Of a stretch of 64,000 bases of DNA, positions 10,418-19,857 are shown in pieces. The position numbers and the translations under genes were made by a program. The number at the start of each line of letters is the position of its first letter. Within the stretch, counting starts at the first letter, position 1. The stretch comes from Oscillospiraceae bacterium (GTDB lineage Bacteria; Bacillota; Clostridia; Oscillospirales; JAAYXM01): contig JAFQSU010000078.1 of assembly GCA_017409405.1 (NCBI GenBank), positions 13,850-77,849 of the forward strand. The letters are read 5' to 3'. A model generated the notes under the pieces. It had not been told where the DNA came from, did not search any database, and saw only the letters and a list, made by a program, of their open reading frames with translations.

Positions 10418-11314
10418 TTATTTATAAAAAATTCGTTTCAAATCCTCCGGCAGTTCGCATACGACATCAGCCTCTCCTTGCTCAAACGGCAGCTTCATAT
10501 GAAGTCTGTGAGAATGCAGCGCGCACCTTCCCGGAAGATTCGGATTTTCACTTCCGTAAAGAAAATCTCCGACAATCGGATGCCCCATATGCGCGAGATG
10601 AACGCGAATCTGGTGTGTTCTTCCCGTCATGGGCATGACACGCACAAGGCTCATGCCGCCTCGCCTCTCAAGGGTTTCATAACGGGTTAAGGCATAGTCG
10701 CCATCATTCCTTACCTCACGCTCTATCACCGAGCCGTCACGCCGTCCTATGGGGGCGCAGATTTCTCCGGATTCCGTCTCCATCTCGCCCTCAACAATTG
10801 CCAGATATTCGCGGTAAAACTCTCCGCTGTGCAACAGCCGTGCCGCAAATGTATGCGAATACGCATTTTTTGCAACCGCCATAACACCTGATACCCCACG
10901 GTCCAGCCTGTTTATCGGGCGGAAAACAAAATCTTCGCCCTGATTTTTATAATACCACATGACTATGTTCCCGAGCGAAGTGGTAAAATGACCGTGAGAA
11001 GGATGTACGGCAATGTCTCCGGGCTTATTCACTATCAAAATATCCTCATTTTCAAAGCGTATATCAAGACTTCCTTCGGTGGGAACGACGCTTTCCGAGC
11101 CTCTCGTTTCCTCTTCTATAATCGCCTCGATTTTATCACCGCAGCGCGCAACATCAATGGTATACACGTCTTTTCCGTTGAGAGTAAGTCCGTTTTTTAT
11201 CTTCTTGATGCGCCGCAAAAGCATTGCAGACACACCGAAGCGCCGTCTTAAAATCTCGGCGAGTGTCTTTCCGTCATCGCTTGCATCAGCGATATGAGTC
11301 AGCTTACGAAGCAT
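10418..11314 (-). CDS. RluA-family RNA pseudouridine synthase
   Basis: VNKPGDIAVHPS, NRLDRGVSG (catalytic Asp), TGRTHQIRVH, GDFLYG. Confidence 0.93.
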   Translation of the reverse strand: MLRKLTHIADASDDGKTLAEILRRRFGVSAMLLRRIKKIKNGLTLNGKDVYTIDVARCGDKIEAIIEEETRGSESVVPTEGSLDIRFENEDILIVNKPGDIAVHPSHGHFTTSLGNIVMWYYKNQGEDFVFRPINRLDRGVSGVMAVAKNAYSHTFAARLLHSGEFYREYLAIVEGEMETESGEICAPIGRRDGSVIEREVRNDGDYALTRYETLERRGGMSLVRVMPMTGRTHQIRVHLAHMGHPIVGDFLYGSENPNLPGRCALHSHRLHMKLPFEQGEADVVCELPEDLKRIFYK

Positions 11315-12548
11315 TGAAGCGGCTCCCCTCACGGCGTATGAATGCTCCTACCTTCGTTTTGCAAGGAAGCTTTACGTGCACACGGATTTTTGCCTGCCCT
11401 GCAGACTCGATTTCATTGCCCTTATCATCATACATTTTATCAAATATGACCTTTTGCGGCTCTGCCTTGGGCTGCATGAGCTCATACTCTGTTCCGCAGG
11501 CGAATTTGTTTTTCTGCTCAAGTACGGCATTACCCTCATCGTCACACTCAACAACCGAGGCGACAACATCCCATGTGCGGATATAGTTAGACGTTTCGGT
11601 GCGCTGAATCCGCTCCTCTCCGAAATAGAAGCCGGTGCAGTACTCACGGTGGCTTACCTTATTTACTTCTTCAAGCCAGAATCCGTCACGTCGCCATGTC
11701 TCGGGGGACTTAATAAACTCATCAACCGCAAGGCGATACGCATTGGTAACAGCGGCACAGTAGTATGCAGACTTGACTCTTCCCTCTATTTTGAAACTGT
11801 CGATGCCGGCAGTAACAAGCTCCGGTATATACGAAACCATGTTCATATCCTTTGAGTTGAAAATATGTGTTCCGTCCGAGTCTTCAACCACGGGATAATA
11901 TTCGCCGGGGCGTTTTTCTTCAACCAACGAATACTTCCACCTGCACGGCTGGGCGCAGTTGCCGCGATTGGAGGAACGACCTGCAAGATAGTCGGAAATC
12001 ATGCATCTTCCCGAATATGCCATACACATCGCACCGTGTACAAACGCCTCTATCTGAAGATTCTTGTTTTTCTTTTCCATTATTTCGCAGATTTCGGAAA
12101 GACTTGCCTCTCTTGCAAGGCACACTCTTTTTGCGCCAAGCTCATACCACGCATTAGCCGCATCTGTATTAAGAACGCTCGCCTGTGTGCTTATATGTAT
12201 CTCGGCAGACGGTGCATACTTCTGCGCGAGGCGCATGCATCCGAGGTCCGCGACGATTATGCCGTCAACACCGATGCCGCCAAGCATTTCAAGATATGGC
12301 GGAAGACGTTTTATATCTCCGTTGCGCATCATAGTATTGCAGGTTACATATACCCTTACTCCGTTTTCGTGTGCATGGCGAACAGCCTGCTCCATCTCTT
12401 CATCGTTGAAGTTGCCGGATGCCGTGCGCATTCCGAAGCTTTCTCCTGCAAGGTATACCGCATCAGCACCGTAGAGTACGGCGGCATGAAGCTTTTCCAT
12501 ATCCCCTGCCGGGGACAAAATCTCAGGTCTTTTCATCTTTTTCTCCAT
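11304..12548 (-). CDS. Peptidase U32 family protein (TrhP-like tRNA hydroxylation protein)
   Basis: PEILSPAG, GADAVY, HGAMCMAYSGRC, NRGNCAQPCRW, KIEGR. Confidence 0.92.
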   Translation of the reverse strand: MEKKMKRPEILSPAGDMEKLHAAVLYGADAVYLAGESFGMRTASGNFNDEEMEQAVRHAHENGVRVYVTCNTMMRNGDIKRLPPYLEMLGGIGVDGIIVADLGCMRLAQKYAPSAEIHISTQASVLNTDAANAWYELGAKRVCLAREASLSEICEIMEKKNKNLQIEAFVHGAMCMAYSGRCMISDYLAGRSSNRGNCAQPCRWKYSLVEEKRPGEYYPVVEDSDGTHIFNSKDMNMVSYIPELVTAGIDSFKIEGRVKSAYYCAAVTNAYRLAVDEFIKSPETWRRDGFWLEEVNKVSHREYCTGFYFGEERIQRTETSNYIRTWDVVASVVECDDEGNAVLEQKNKFACGTEYELMQPKAEPQKVIFDKMYDDKGNEIESAGQAKIRVHVKLPCKTKVGAFIRREGSRFNAS

Positions 12549-13591
12549 TACGGGTTTAATTTTGGTGTTTTCAGATGCTCCTCATACGTCTTTGAGAACT
12601 TATGCGTTCCGTCCTCCTGAAGAGCAAAGAACAGATAGTCCGTATCATTGGGATAAAGCGATGCTTCAATCGCATCAAGTCCGGGGTTTGCTATCGGTCC
12701 GGGAGGAAGTCCCTTGTATTTGTAGGTATTGTACTTGTTGTCAATCTTCGTATCTGCGATGCTTATTACCTTTTTGCGCTCGCCGAGAACGTATTGTACG
12801 GTTGCGCATGATTCAAGATACGGATACGTCTTGCTGGAAAGTCGGTTATGGAATACGGAGGCAATGTTTGCACGGTCCTTTGCGGTAGCCTCACGCTCTA
12901 CAACCGAAGCGAAGGTAATAAGCTCGTGCGTGGTCATGCCAAGCTCTCTTGCCCGCTCTTTCATTTCCTGATTGTACTTCACATTGAAGTTGTCGAGGAA
13001 CTTTTTGACAACACGGTTAGCTTCGTCGTTTTTATAGAATTCGTAGGTGTCGGGGAACATATATCCCTCAAGCCTGTTCGCTTTTCCGAGCGCAAGTCCG
13101 TCAAGGAAATCGTAATCAAAATCGGTATTGGCAACGGCATCCTGCAGTGCTTTTGCATCGCATACCCCTTTTGATTCAAGAAGCTCTATAATCTGGCTTA
13201 CTTCATAGCCTTCGGGAATTGTTACCTTTACAGTATTCAGTGCTCCCTTTTTGCTCGTAAGGCGGCGAAGCATTGCACGGTAATCCATGTTGGAATTGAG
13301 CTTGTACTCACCTGCCGGAAACTCTGCACCGCGCTTTGTGAGCCACGCAAAGGTACGGAAGAGCATTTTGTGCTCAATAACATCGTTTTTCTTTAGTATT
13401 TTCGCAACGTCTCCGCGACTTGCGTCCTCGGGAATTTCAACTATAACTTCATAGTCCGGCCTTGCAAGTGCAAGCAGTTCATTCACGGACATTATGAACC
13501 ACGAGGATAAAAGCATTGAAACTCCGAGCACAAACGCTATGTATATATACGAGAACGGATTTTTCTTTTTCCTGCGTTTTTTTACTGCCAT
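12548..13591 (-). CDS. mltG: Endolytic transglycosylase MltG
   Basis: N-terminal TM; VTIPEG, LEGYMFPDTY, ASVVERE, YNTYKYKGLPPGPIANPG. Confidence 0.94.
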   Translation of the reverse strand: MAVKKRRKKKNPFSYIYIAFVLGVSMLLSSWFIMSVNELLALARPDYEVIVEIPEDASRGDVAKILKKNDVIEHKMLFRTFAWLTKRGAEFPAGEYKLNSNMDYRAMLRRLTSKKGALNTVKVTIPEGYEVSQIIELLESKGVCDAKALQDAVANTDFDYDFLDGLALGKANRLEGYMFPDTYEFYKNDEANRVVKKFLDNFNVKYNQEMKERARELGMTTHELITFASVVEREATAKDRANIASVFHNRLSSKTYPYLESCATVQYVLGERKKVISIADTKIDNKYNTYKYKGLPPGPIANPGLDAIEASLYPNDTDYLFFALQEDGTHKFSKTYEEHLKTPKLNP

Positions 13592-13596
13592 TTTAC

Positions 13597-14163
13597 TTAC
13601 CTTTCCTTTCTTTTTATTATGCGTAATTCGGTTACTATCCCGTCAACCGTCTCATCGTGAAGCTCACACGGAACGGTCCTTTGTATATTTATTTCACGGC
13701 ACAGGGCAATTTTCAATGCATTTTTTGCCTCTGCCATAAATCTGTCGTAATAACCTCCGCCGCGACCAAGGCGCGTGCAGTCCTCACCAAATGCAACACC
13801 CGGCACGATTATAAGGTTAAGCTCATGCGGCGGTAATGCCCTGCCGCCACTTTTCGGTTCGGGAATTCCGTATCTTCCCGGAGTAAGCTCGGACAGTGAA
13901 AAAATCCTTATAGCATCCATCTGTCCTTTACCGTGGCAGAGAGGAACATATACCTCCTTGCCTTGTGCAAGAAGACTTTCGATTATTCTGTCTGTCGCTA
14001 TTTCGTGTCCGACTCCGACATACACAAACACCTTTTTGAAGCTGTGTTTTGAATAGCCTTCAAGAAAACGTGTGGATATATCGGAATCGCTTTTTTTGCG
14101 TTCACTCTCCGACAGAGCTTCGGAGAGTAGCAACATCTCCCGTCGAAGCTCTGCTTTATTCAT
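13597..14163 (-). CDS. 5-formyltetrahydrofolate cyclo-ligase
   Basis: KAELR, YGIPEP, IIVPGVAF, RLGRGGGYYDR. Confidence 0.93.
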   Translation of the reverse strand: MNKAELRREMLLLSEALSESERKKSDSDISTRFLEGYSKHSFKKVFVYVGVGHEIATDRIIESLLAQGKEVYVPLCHGKGQMDAIRIFSLSELTPGRYGIPEPKSGGRALPPHELNLIIVPGVAFGEDCTRLGRGGGYYDRFMAEAKNALKIALCREINIQRTVPCELHDETVDGIVTELRIIKRKER

Positions 14164-14698
14164 AGCAGACAGCACTCTTTACTTTGTTTACTTCCTCAGC
14201 GCCGCGCAGTGCTTCAAGGATTGCGAAAGCAAAATCATACGCATCTCCGGCAGCTCTTCCGGTAATTATATTACCGTCCTTCATAACGCCCACCCCGTCA
14301 CAGAACTGTGCGTCTTTTAGCTCTTCACTGCATGACGGGTAACAAACGCATTTTTTGCCGTCAAGTATCCCGAGTCTTGCTAAAATTATGGGAGCGGCGC
14401 ATATCGCAGCCATGTTTATGCCTGCCCCGTAAACCTTGCGGACTAATTCTTTTACTGAATCATTTTCCCACAAGTTGTCAACGCCGGGCTGTCCGCCGGG
14501 AATAATGAGCATTTCCATGTCCGAAACAGATATGTCCGAAAAGGCTTTATCTGCGGTCACAACAACCCCGTGAGATGAAGTCACAGACATATCAGACACA
14601 CCCACGGTTACCACGTCAACACCGCCACGGCGGAGAACGTCAACCGGCACAAGCGCCTCACACATCTCAAATCCGTTTTCAAGAAGAAGATATACCAT
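14156..14698 (-). CDS. DJ-1/PfpI (YajL/ThiJ-like) protein
   Basis: GFEMCEA, IPGG, AICAAP nucleophile elbow. Confidence 0.92.
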   Translation of the reverse strand: MVYLLLENGFEMCEALVPVDVLRRGGVDVVTVGVSDMSVTSSHGVVVTADKAFSDISVSDMEMLIIPGGQPGVDNLWENDSVKELVRKVYGAGINMAAICAAPIILARLGILDGKKCVCYPSCSEELKDAQFCDGVGVMKDGNIITGRAAGDAYDFAFAILEALRGAEEVNKVKSAVCYE

Positions 14699-14712
14699 TT
14701 TCTCTTTTCCTT

Positions 14713-15495
14713 TCAGTTATGCATAAGATTCATATATTTGCCATAGCCCTTTGAAAATATTTCTTTTGCACGGGAGCTTATAAGCCGCGCCAAGCCAAGC
14801 CTTATACTTTCTCCGGGAACGGTAGCTGTGCAGCCCTTGCCAAACAAATCTGCGGCATTTCCGCAAAGCTCACATATTTCTGTTTTTCCCTCGTATTCGT
14901 AATGTACGCAATAGCCCGTTTCAGAAAGCGAAATTCCACCGCCGAGAAACTCAAACTCAGCCATAATTGTTTTCCACCGTTCCTCCGAGCGGATAGGGTG
15001 AACAATATCCTTGCACATAGCTTCGTACATTTCATTGATCCTTGGAATATCTTTTTCAGTTGCACGGTGCAAAGTCTCATCGCCCTTGCCTTCCGTGACG
15101 GTTTTAGACACACTGAAAAGCTCGGTATAGCCGTATCTTTCGTAAAAATCAAACAGGCTTATACTCTGAGGAATGATAACGGTAAAGTCACACGAATGTG
15201 CCTCCGATTCGAGCATCTCTCCCGCAATTCCGCGGCCGCGGAATGCGCCTGTCGTTCCCACACCGTAAATGTATTTCGCATGCAGGATACCGTCCGGTGT
15301 CGCGAAATCGTACGGGAACACGTGAATCATGGCGACGCACACGCCGCCAATCTCACACACTCTTGCACACGGCAGACGGAATATTCTGTCAAAGAAGAAT
15401 TTTGAATATTCGACGTCAGCCGGAAAACATTCAAGCCACAGCAATTTCATCGCCGGAATGTCGGACTCTTTCGCGTTTCTGATTATTTTTTCCAT
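14713..15495 (-). CDS. GNAT acetyltransferase (Eis-like N-terminal part)
   Basis: YIYGVGT..FRGRGIA acetyl-CoA motif, FYERYGY. Confidence 0.85.
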   Translation of the reverse strand: MEKIIRNAKESDIPAMKLLWLECFPADVEYSKFFFDRIFRLPCARVCEIGGVCVAMIHVFPYDFATPDGILHAKYIYGVGTTGAFRGRGIAGEMLESEAHSCDFTVIIPQSISLFDFYERYGYTELFSVSKTVTEGKGDETLHRATEKDIPRINEMYEAMCKDIVHPIRSEERWKTIMAEFEFLGGGISLSETGYCVHYEYEGKTEICELCGNAADLFGKGCTATVPGESIRLGLARLISSRAKEIFSKGYGKYMNLMHN

Positions 15496-16379
15496 ATCGC
15501 ACCGTACTTTACAAGCAGCTCAACCGGGTTATAGGACATTTTTGCTTTTCTCAGTCCCTCAATACCCATATCCTCTTCTCTGTTTATGAGGAGAACGTCA
15601 CTGCAGCTATGTTCTACGAACATCTTATTTATTGCCTGATATACGCCGTCATATGCATAGTCACCTTTTTCGACCATAACATCCACGGTATCGTCGCTTA
15701 TCTTTGCACCTATACAATATGCGCATACCTTACCGTCAACACGCAAAACTCCTCCGCGAAGCCCAAACTCTTCAAAAAAAGCAAGCAGCTTTTCGATAGC
15801 GGTTGTCTCGTACTGCAGAACCTCTATGCCGTCCTTGTCGGCAGCAAGCTTTATCCACTTTTTCTGAAACTCCAAAATCTCGGGAATATCATCCTTTGTC
15901 ATGTTCGAATACGAAAATCTGCCGTCATATCGCTTGAGAAACTTATTGACCTGATTGCGCTTCTGATGATATTTCTTGCCCGGAAGCGTTGCAAGCTCTT
16001 CCCTGTTATATATATAATCGAAGCTTTTACGTCTTTCCTCGAATTCAAACTCTCCGGGGAATGCCCTTTCCATCCCCTCACGCATTTTTTCCGTCACCGA
16101 GTGAAACCTCGGTGTGCGTCCAAAAGCTTTTTCCGTCTCATATATTTTCGTAAGTGTTTCTTCAAAGCTTCCGCCGAGCGGAGGAAGGTACGACACATCG
16201 TCGCCCTTTCCCGAGCGCACATATACCGTATCTCCGTCCATGCAAATTTCAGTATTGTACAAATTGCACCATGTGTACAGAATAACAAACGAGCTCTCTG
16301 TCGAGTTATATCCGCAGCTGCTCATTATGGGAGCACAAAGCTCATAGTCATTCTCGTGTACCGGTCGAAACTCAAGCAT
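15483..16379 (-). CDS. DUF2156 / aminoacyl-phosphatidylglycerol synthase C-terminal-like protein
   Basis: DYIY...LATLPGKKYHQKRN, EKG, INREEDMGIEGLRKAKMSY.P. Confidence 0.88.
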   Translation of the reverse strand: MLEFRPVHENDYELCAPIMSSCGYNSTESSFVILYTWCNLYNTEICMDGDTVYVRSGKGDDVSYLPPLGGSFEETLTKIYETEKAFGRTPRFHSVTEKMREGMERAFPGEFEFEERRKSFDYIYNREELATLPGKKYHQKRNQVNKFLKRYDGRFSYSNMTKDDIPEILEFQKKWIKLAADKDGIEVLQYETTAIEKLLAFFEEFGLRGGVLRVDGKVCAYCIGAKISDDTVDVMVEKGDYAYDGVYQAINKMFVEHSCSDVLLINREEDMGIEGLRKAKMSYNPVELLVKYGAIWKK

Positions 16380-16380
16380 T

Positions 16381-17046
16381 TTATTTCCCTTCTGTCAAAA
16401 CATCCGAAACCGTTTTGAAAATTTCGGCATGAATCTCATCTATTGTCTTTATTCTTTGATTTTCAGTGCACGATATTCTTTTCCACGAATATTTTGCGGC
16501 AAGCGCCGTTGCCGAGGCATAACAGGTTTTCAGATATTCTTTGTCCTTTTCGTGAATATCCTCTTCCCCCTCGCGCTTTCTCATAAGGCTTTCCGCATGC
16601 TCGGGCGGCATATCAAGAAAAATCACCGCAGATGGCTCGGGAAGACCGAGAAGCCTGTATTCAAAATCAAACAGCCAGTCGCAGAAGCTTTCGCGCTCAC
16701 CCTCAGGCATTTTACTCGCCTGATATATTGCGTTGGAGGTAGTGTAGCGGTCAAGCAAAACAATGCCGCCGTCATCGAGGTATGATTTCCATTCACGGAG
16801 ATATGACGCAACACGGTCCACCGCAAAAAAGCTCGATGCGGCATACGGATTTACCGCGTGTGCAGAATCACCGAATTCGCCGCCGAGGTACATGCGCACA
16901 AGCGCGGAAGAGTCGCTGTCATATCTGGGGAATGCGATTTTTTTGAATTTCTGACCCTCATCGGTCAGGCGACGGCACAACAGCTCAAGCTGTGTTGATT
17001 TTCCCGAGCAGTCGGTTCCCTCTATCGTGATAAGCTTGCTACGCAT
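16381..17046 (-). CDS. tmk: Thymidylate kinase
   Basis: IEGTDCSGKSTQ P-loop, FPRY, LDRYTTSN. Confidence 0.9.
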   Translation of the reverse strand: MRSKLITIEGTDCSGKSTQLELLCRRLTDEGQKFKKIAFPRYDSDSSALVRMYLGGEFGDSAHAVNPYAASSFFAVDRVASYLREWKSYLDDGGIVLLDRYTTSNAIYQASKMPEGERESFCDWLFDFEYRLLGLPEPSAVIFLDMPPEHAESLMRKREGEEDIHEKDKEYLKTCYASATALAAKYSWKRISCTENQRIKTIDEIHAEIFKTVSDVLTEGK

Positions 17047-17051
17047 ATCTC

Positions 17052-17780
17052 CTACCTCTTTCTCATTGCGTCAAATATTACCGCAAACATATATTTCGGA
17101 AGTGCGAGCATACGCCCTGCACGCTTCGGCTCTTTGATGAGTCTGTAGAACCATTCAAGTCCGAGTTTTATGAATATATCCGGTGCGCGCTTGACCGTGC
17201 CGGCATAGGAATCGAGAGAGCCGCCGAGTCCGAGCATGAGCCGTACATTGAGCTTGTCCCTGTTTTTTGCCATCCAAAGCTCCTGCTTCGGCGCACCGAG
17301 GCACACGAAAAGAATATCTGCGCCGCTTTTGTTTATTTCGTCTATTACATCCTCGTCATTCTTAAAATATCCGTCACGGATGCCTGCAAAAACTATTCCG
17401 GGATACCTCTCCGAAATTTTTGATGCCGCAAGCTCTGCCACTCCCGGCTTTGCGCCAAGGAAAAACACCATCTTTCCCTTCTCTGCCGCAAGTGAGAGTA
17501 TACGCTCGCCCAACTCAACGCCCGGAACCTTCTGCTTGACGGGTGTTCCGTATATCCTTGAGGCATATACAACGCCTATGCCGTCGGCGACAACAAGGTC
17601 TGCGGAATTTATGATTCTGCCAAGCTCGACATCGTGCGCTGCCATATATGCAATCTCTGCATTGGGCGTTACAGCCATATGATTGCTCTCTTCTTCAAGC
17701 ATCTTCTCTGCGAGAGCCGCCGCCTCATCAAGCGTTACATTGTTGTACGAAATGCCGTAAATTGATATTTTTTCATGCAT
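17052..17780 (-). CDS. tagA: WecB/TagA/CpsF family glycosyltransferase (N-acetylmannosaminyltransferase-like)
   Basis: VTPNAE, ADGIGVV, LGAPKQE, GLEWFYRL. Confidence 0.88.
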   Translation of the reverse strand: MHEKISIYGISYNNVTLDEAAALAEKMLEEESNHMAVTPNAEIAYMAAHDVELGRIINSADLVVADGIGVVYASRIYGTPVKQKVPGVELGERILSLAAEKGKMVFFLGAKPGVAELAASKISERYPGIVFAGIRDGYFKNDEDVIDEINKSGADILFVCLGAPKQELWMAKNRDKLNVRLMLGLGGSLDSYAGTVKRAPDIFIKLGLEWFYRLIKEPKRAGRMLALPKYMFAVIFDAMRKR

Positions 17781-17986
17781 ATTATCTATCCCCTTTGATA
17801 AGGTACATAATTATCTATAATATATAATACCACAATCTAAAAGAATTGAAAAGTAAAATTCGTGTGTATAATGTAAACTTTAAGATTTTCCTGTCCATAT
17901 ATGAAATTTTTAAATAAATACAAAAAGCTTTGACGTTTTTGACAATCGGTGATAATATAATTATAAAATGGAAAGAGGTGAACATC

Positions 17987-19114
17987 TTGTCCGGTTTTCT
18001 TCGCTCACTGAAAAACTTTTTTCGACAGATTGATATAAAGCTTTTAATCGTTGCTTTGGTTGCCTCAACCTTTGGCATGGTTCTTATCGCAAGCGCAACA
18101 CAAAGCATGGGCAGTGGCAGTTTTCTGAAGGTTCAGCTTGTTGCGACGGTTGTCGGCATTGGGCTTTATCTTATGCTGTCCTGGCTCGACCTCGACTCCG
18201 TCAGCTCATGGTGGAAGTATGTTTATATTGCAAATCTTCTTTTAATCTGTTCGCTCATTTTCTTCGGAACGGGCTCCGAGGAAACAGGAAACCGTGCGTG
18301 GATACGCTTCGGTTCTATCGGTATCCAACCTGCAGAATTTGGCAAAATTCTTTTCATTCTTGCGTTTGCAGGACATATTGACTCTCTGCGTGACAGGCTT
18401 GATTCATCCTTTTCCGTCTTACTTCTCGGCGTGCATGCACTAATCCCCATCGGTCTTATATATGCCGTTTCGTCTGACCTCGGCTCTTCACTTGTTTATG
18501 TGGTCATTTTTGTTGTGATGATGTTCTGTGCCGGAATAAAGCTTCGTTGGTTTGCCGGCGCACTCGTCACTTTAGGCGCAGCCTCTCCTTTTATCTGGAA
18601 ATATTTTTTGCGCGAAGACCAGAAGATGCGTGTTCTCGTTGTGTTCAATCCGGAGCTTGACCCACTCGGTCGCGGATATCACGCCATACAGAGCAAAATC
18701 GCAATAGGCTCGGGTCAGCTTTTCGGAAGAGGGCTTGGACAGGGAACACAGACACAGCTCGGATATCTTCCCGCAAAACAGACGGACTTTATTTTCTCCG
18801 TTGCCGGAGAGGAGCTTGGTCTCATAGGGTGCATAGCCGTCATTGTCATACTTGCGCTTATCATTGCAAGATGTCTTTCAATCACCATGCGCTCTTCCTC
18901 GTTTTCCTCTTTTCTGATATGTGCAGGCGTTTCTGCCATGCTTATTGCCCAGACAGTCGAAAACATCGGTATGTGTACGGGGCTTCTCCCCGTCATCGGA
19001 CTTACACTTCCGCTGTTCTCATACGGCGGTTCCAGCGTTCTCGCCGTTTATATGGCACTCGGTCTTATAAGCTCGGCACGAATGAAAGCGGTTCCGTCCC
19101 GTTTATCAAACTAA
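17987..19114 (+). CDS. rodA: FtsW/RodA/SpoVE family SEDS protein (RodA-like)
   Basis: IQPAEFGK, DLGS, QSKIAIGSG, LPAKQTDFIF, LPLFSYGGSS; TTG start after a GAGGTG RBS. Confidence 0.85.
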   Translation: MSGFLRSLKNFFRQIDIKLLIVALVASTFGMVLIASATQSMGSGSFLKVQLVATVVGIGLYLMLSWLDLDSVSSWWKYVYIANLLLICSLIFFGTGSEETGNRAWIRFGSIGIQPAEFGKILFILAFAGHIDSLRDRLDSSFSVLLLGVHALIPIGLIYAVSSDLGSSLVYVVIFVVMMFCAGIKLRWFAGALVTLGAASPFIWKYFLREDQKMRVLVVFNPELDPLGRGYHAIQSKIAIGSGQLFGRGLGQGTQTQLGYLPAKQTDFIFSVAGEELGLIGCIAVIVILALIIARCLSITMRSSSFSSFLICAGVSAMLIAQTVENIGMCTGLLPVIGLTLPLFSYGGSSVLAVYMALGLISSARMKAVPSRLSN

Positions 19115-19131
19115 AACAGGAGTTTAAAAGT

Positions 19132-19809
19132 ATGCTTTCAAATTATGACATTATTCTCTTTGACTCTGACAACACCTTATACAACCACGGCATTCACGAA
19201 AAAACAGCAATCTTTGAGGCTTTTTCTCTGTACGGAGAAGAAATTGACGATGAGCGCTATCTTCTCTACAGAAGAATAAACGATGATATCTGGAAGGAGT
19301 TTGAACGGGGCATCTCGCACACAGACGGACCTTTAGTTGAACGCTTCCGCAGGTTTTCGGATGCTTCTGGGATTTCGCTGTGTCCTTTCCGCATAAACGA
19401 GCTGTATGTTGAAGCCTTGTCAAATCAGTGTTCTCCGTTTCCCGACTCTTACGAGGTTTGCAAAAAGCTTTCCGAAACCCATAAATTATACATCATTACA
19501 AACGGCACCGAAAGCATTCAGCTCAAGCGGTATGAGGTAAGTCCTCTGCGTCCGTTCTTCTCGGGCATTTTTACTGCCGCCGGGATAGGTATCCAGAAGC
19601 CCAAAAAAGAATTCTTTGACCGTGTCCTTGAAAAAATCGGAAACCCCGAAAAGCGACGTGTAATCGTCATCGGCGACTCGCTCACCTCGGATATCCTCGG
19701 CGGTGTGAATGCAGGGCTTGACACCTGTTGGTACAATCCTGAACACAAAGAGAACAGCATGGATTTTTCTCCCACATATGAAATAGAATCTCTCAAATCC
19801 CTTTTATAA
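19132..19809 (+). CDS. YjjG-family HAD nucleotidase
   Basis: FDSDNTL, ITNG, KP, IGDSLTSDILGG. Confidence 0.88.
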   Translation: MLSNYDIILFDSDNTLYNHGIHEKTAIFEAFSLYGEEIDDERYLLYRRINDDIWKEFERGISHTDGPLVERFRRFSDASGISLCPFRINELYVEALSNQCSPFPDSYEVCKKLSETHKLYIITNGTESIQLKRYEVSPLRPFFSGIFTAAGIGIQKPKKEFFDRVLEKIGNPEKRRVIVIGDSLTSDILGGVNAGLDTCWYNPEHKENSMDFSPTYEIESLKSLL

Positions 19810-19821
19810 ATTTTATATTCA

Positions 19822-19856
19822 AAGGCAACTGCAGACTGATACTGCAGTTGCCTTTA
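19822..19856. terminator. Bidirectional terminator
   Basis: AAGGCAACTGCAG...CTGCAGTTGCCTT between convergent genes. Confidence 0.8.
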
Positions 19857-19857
19857 T

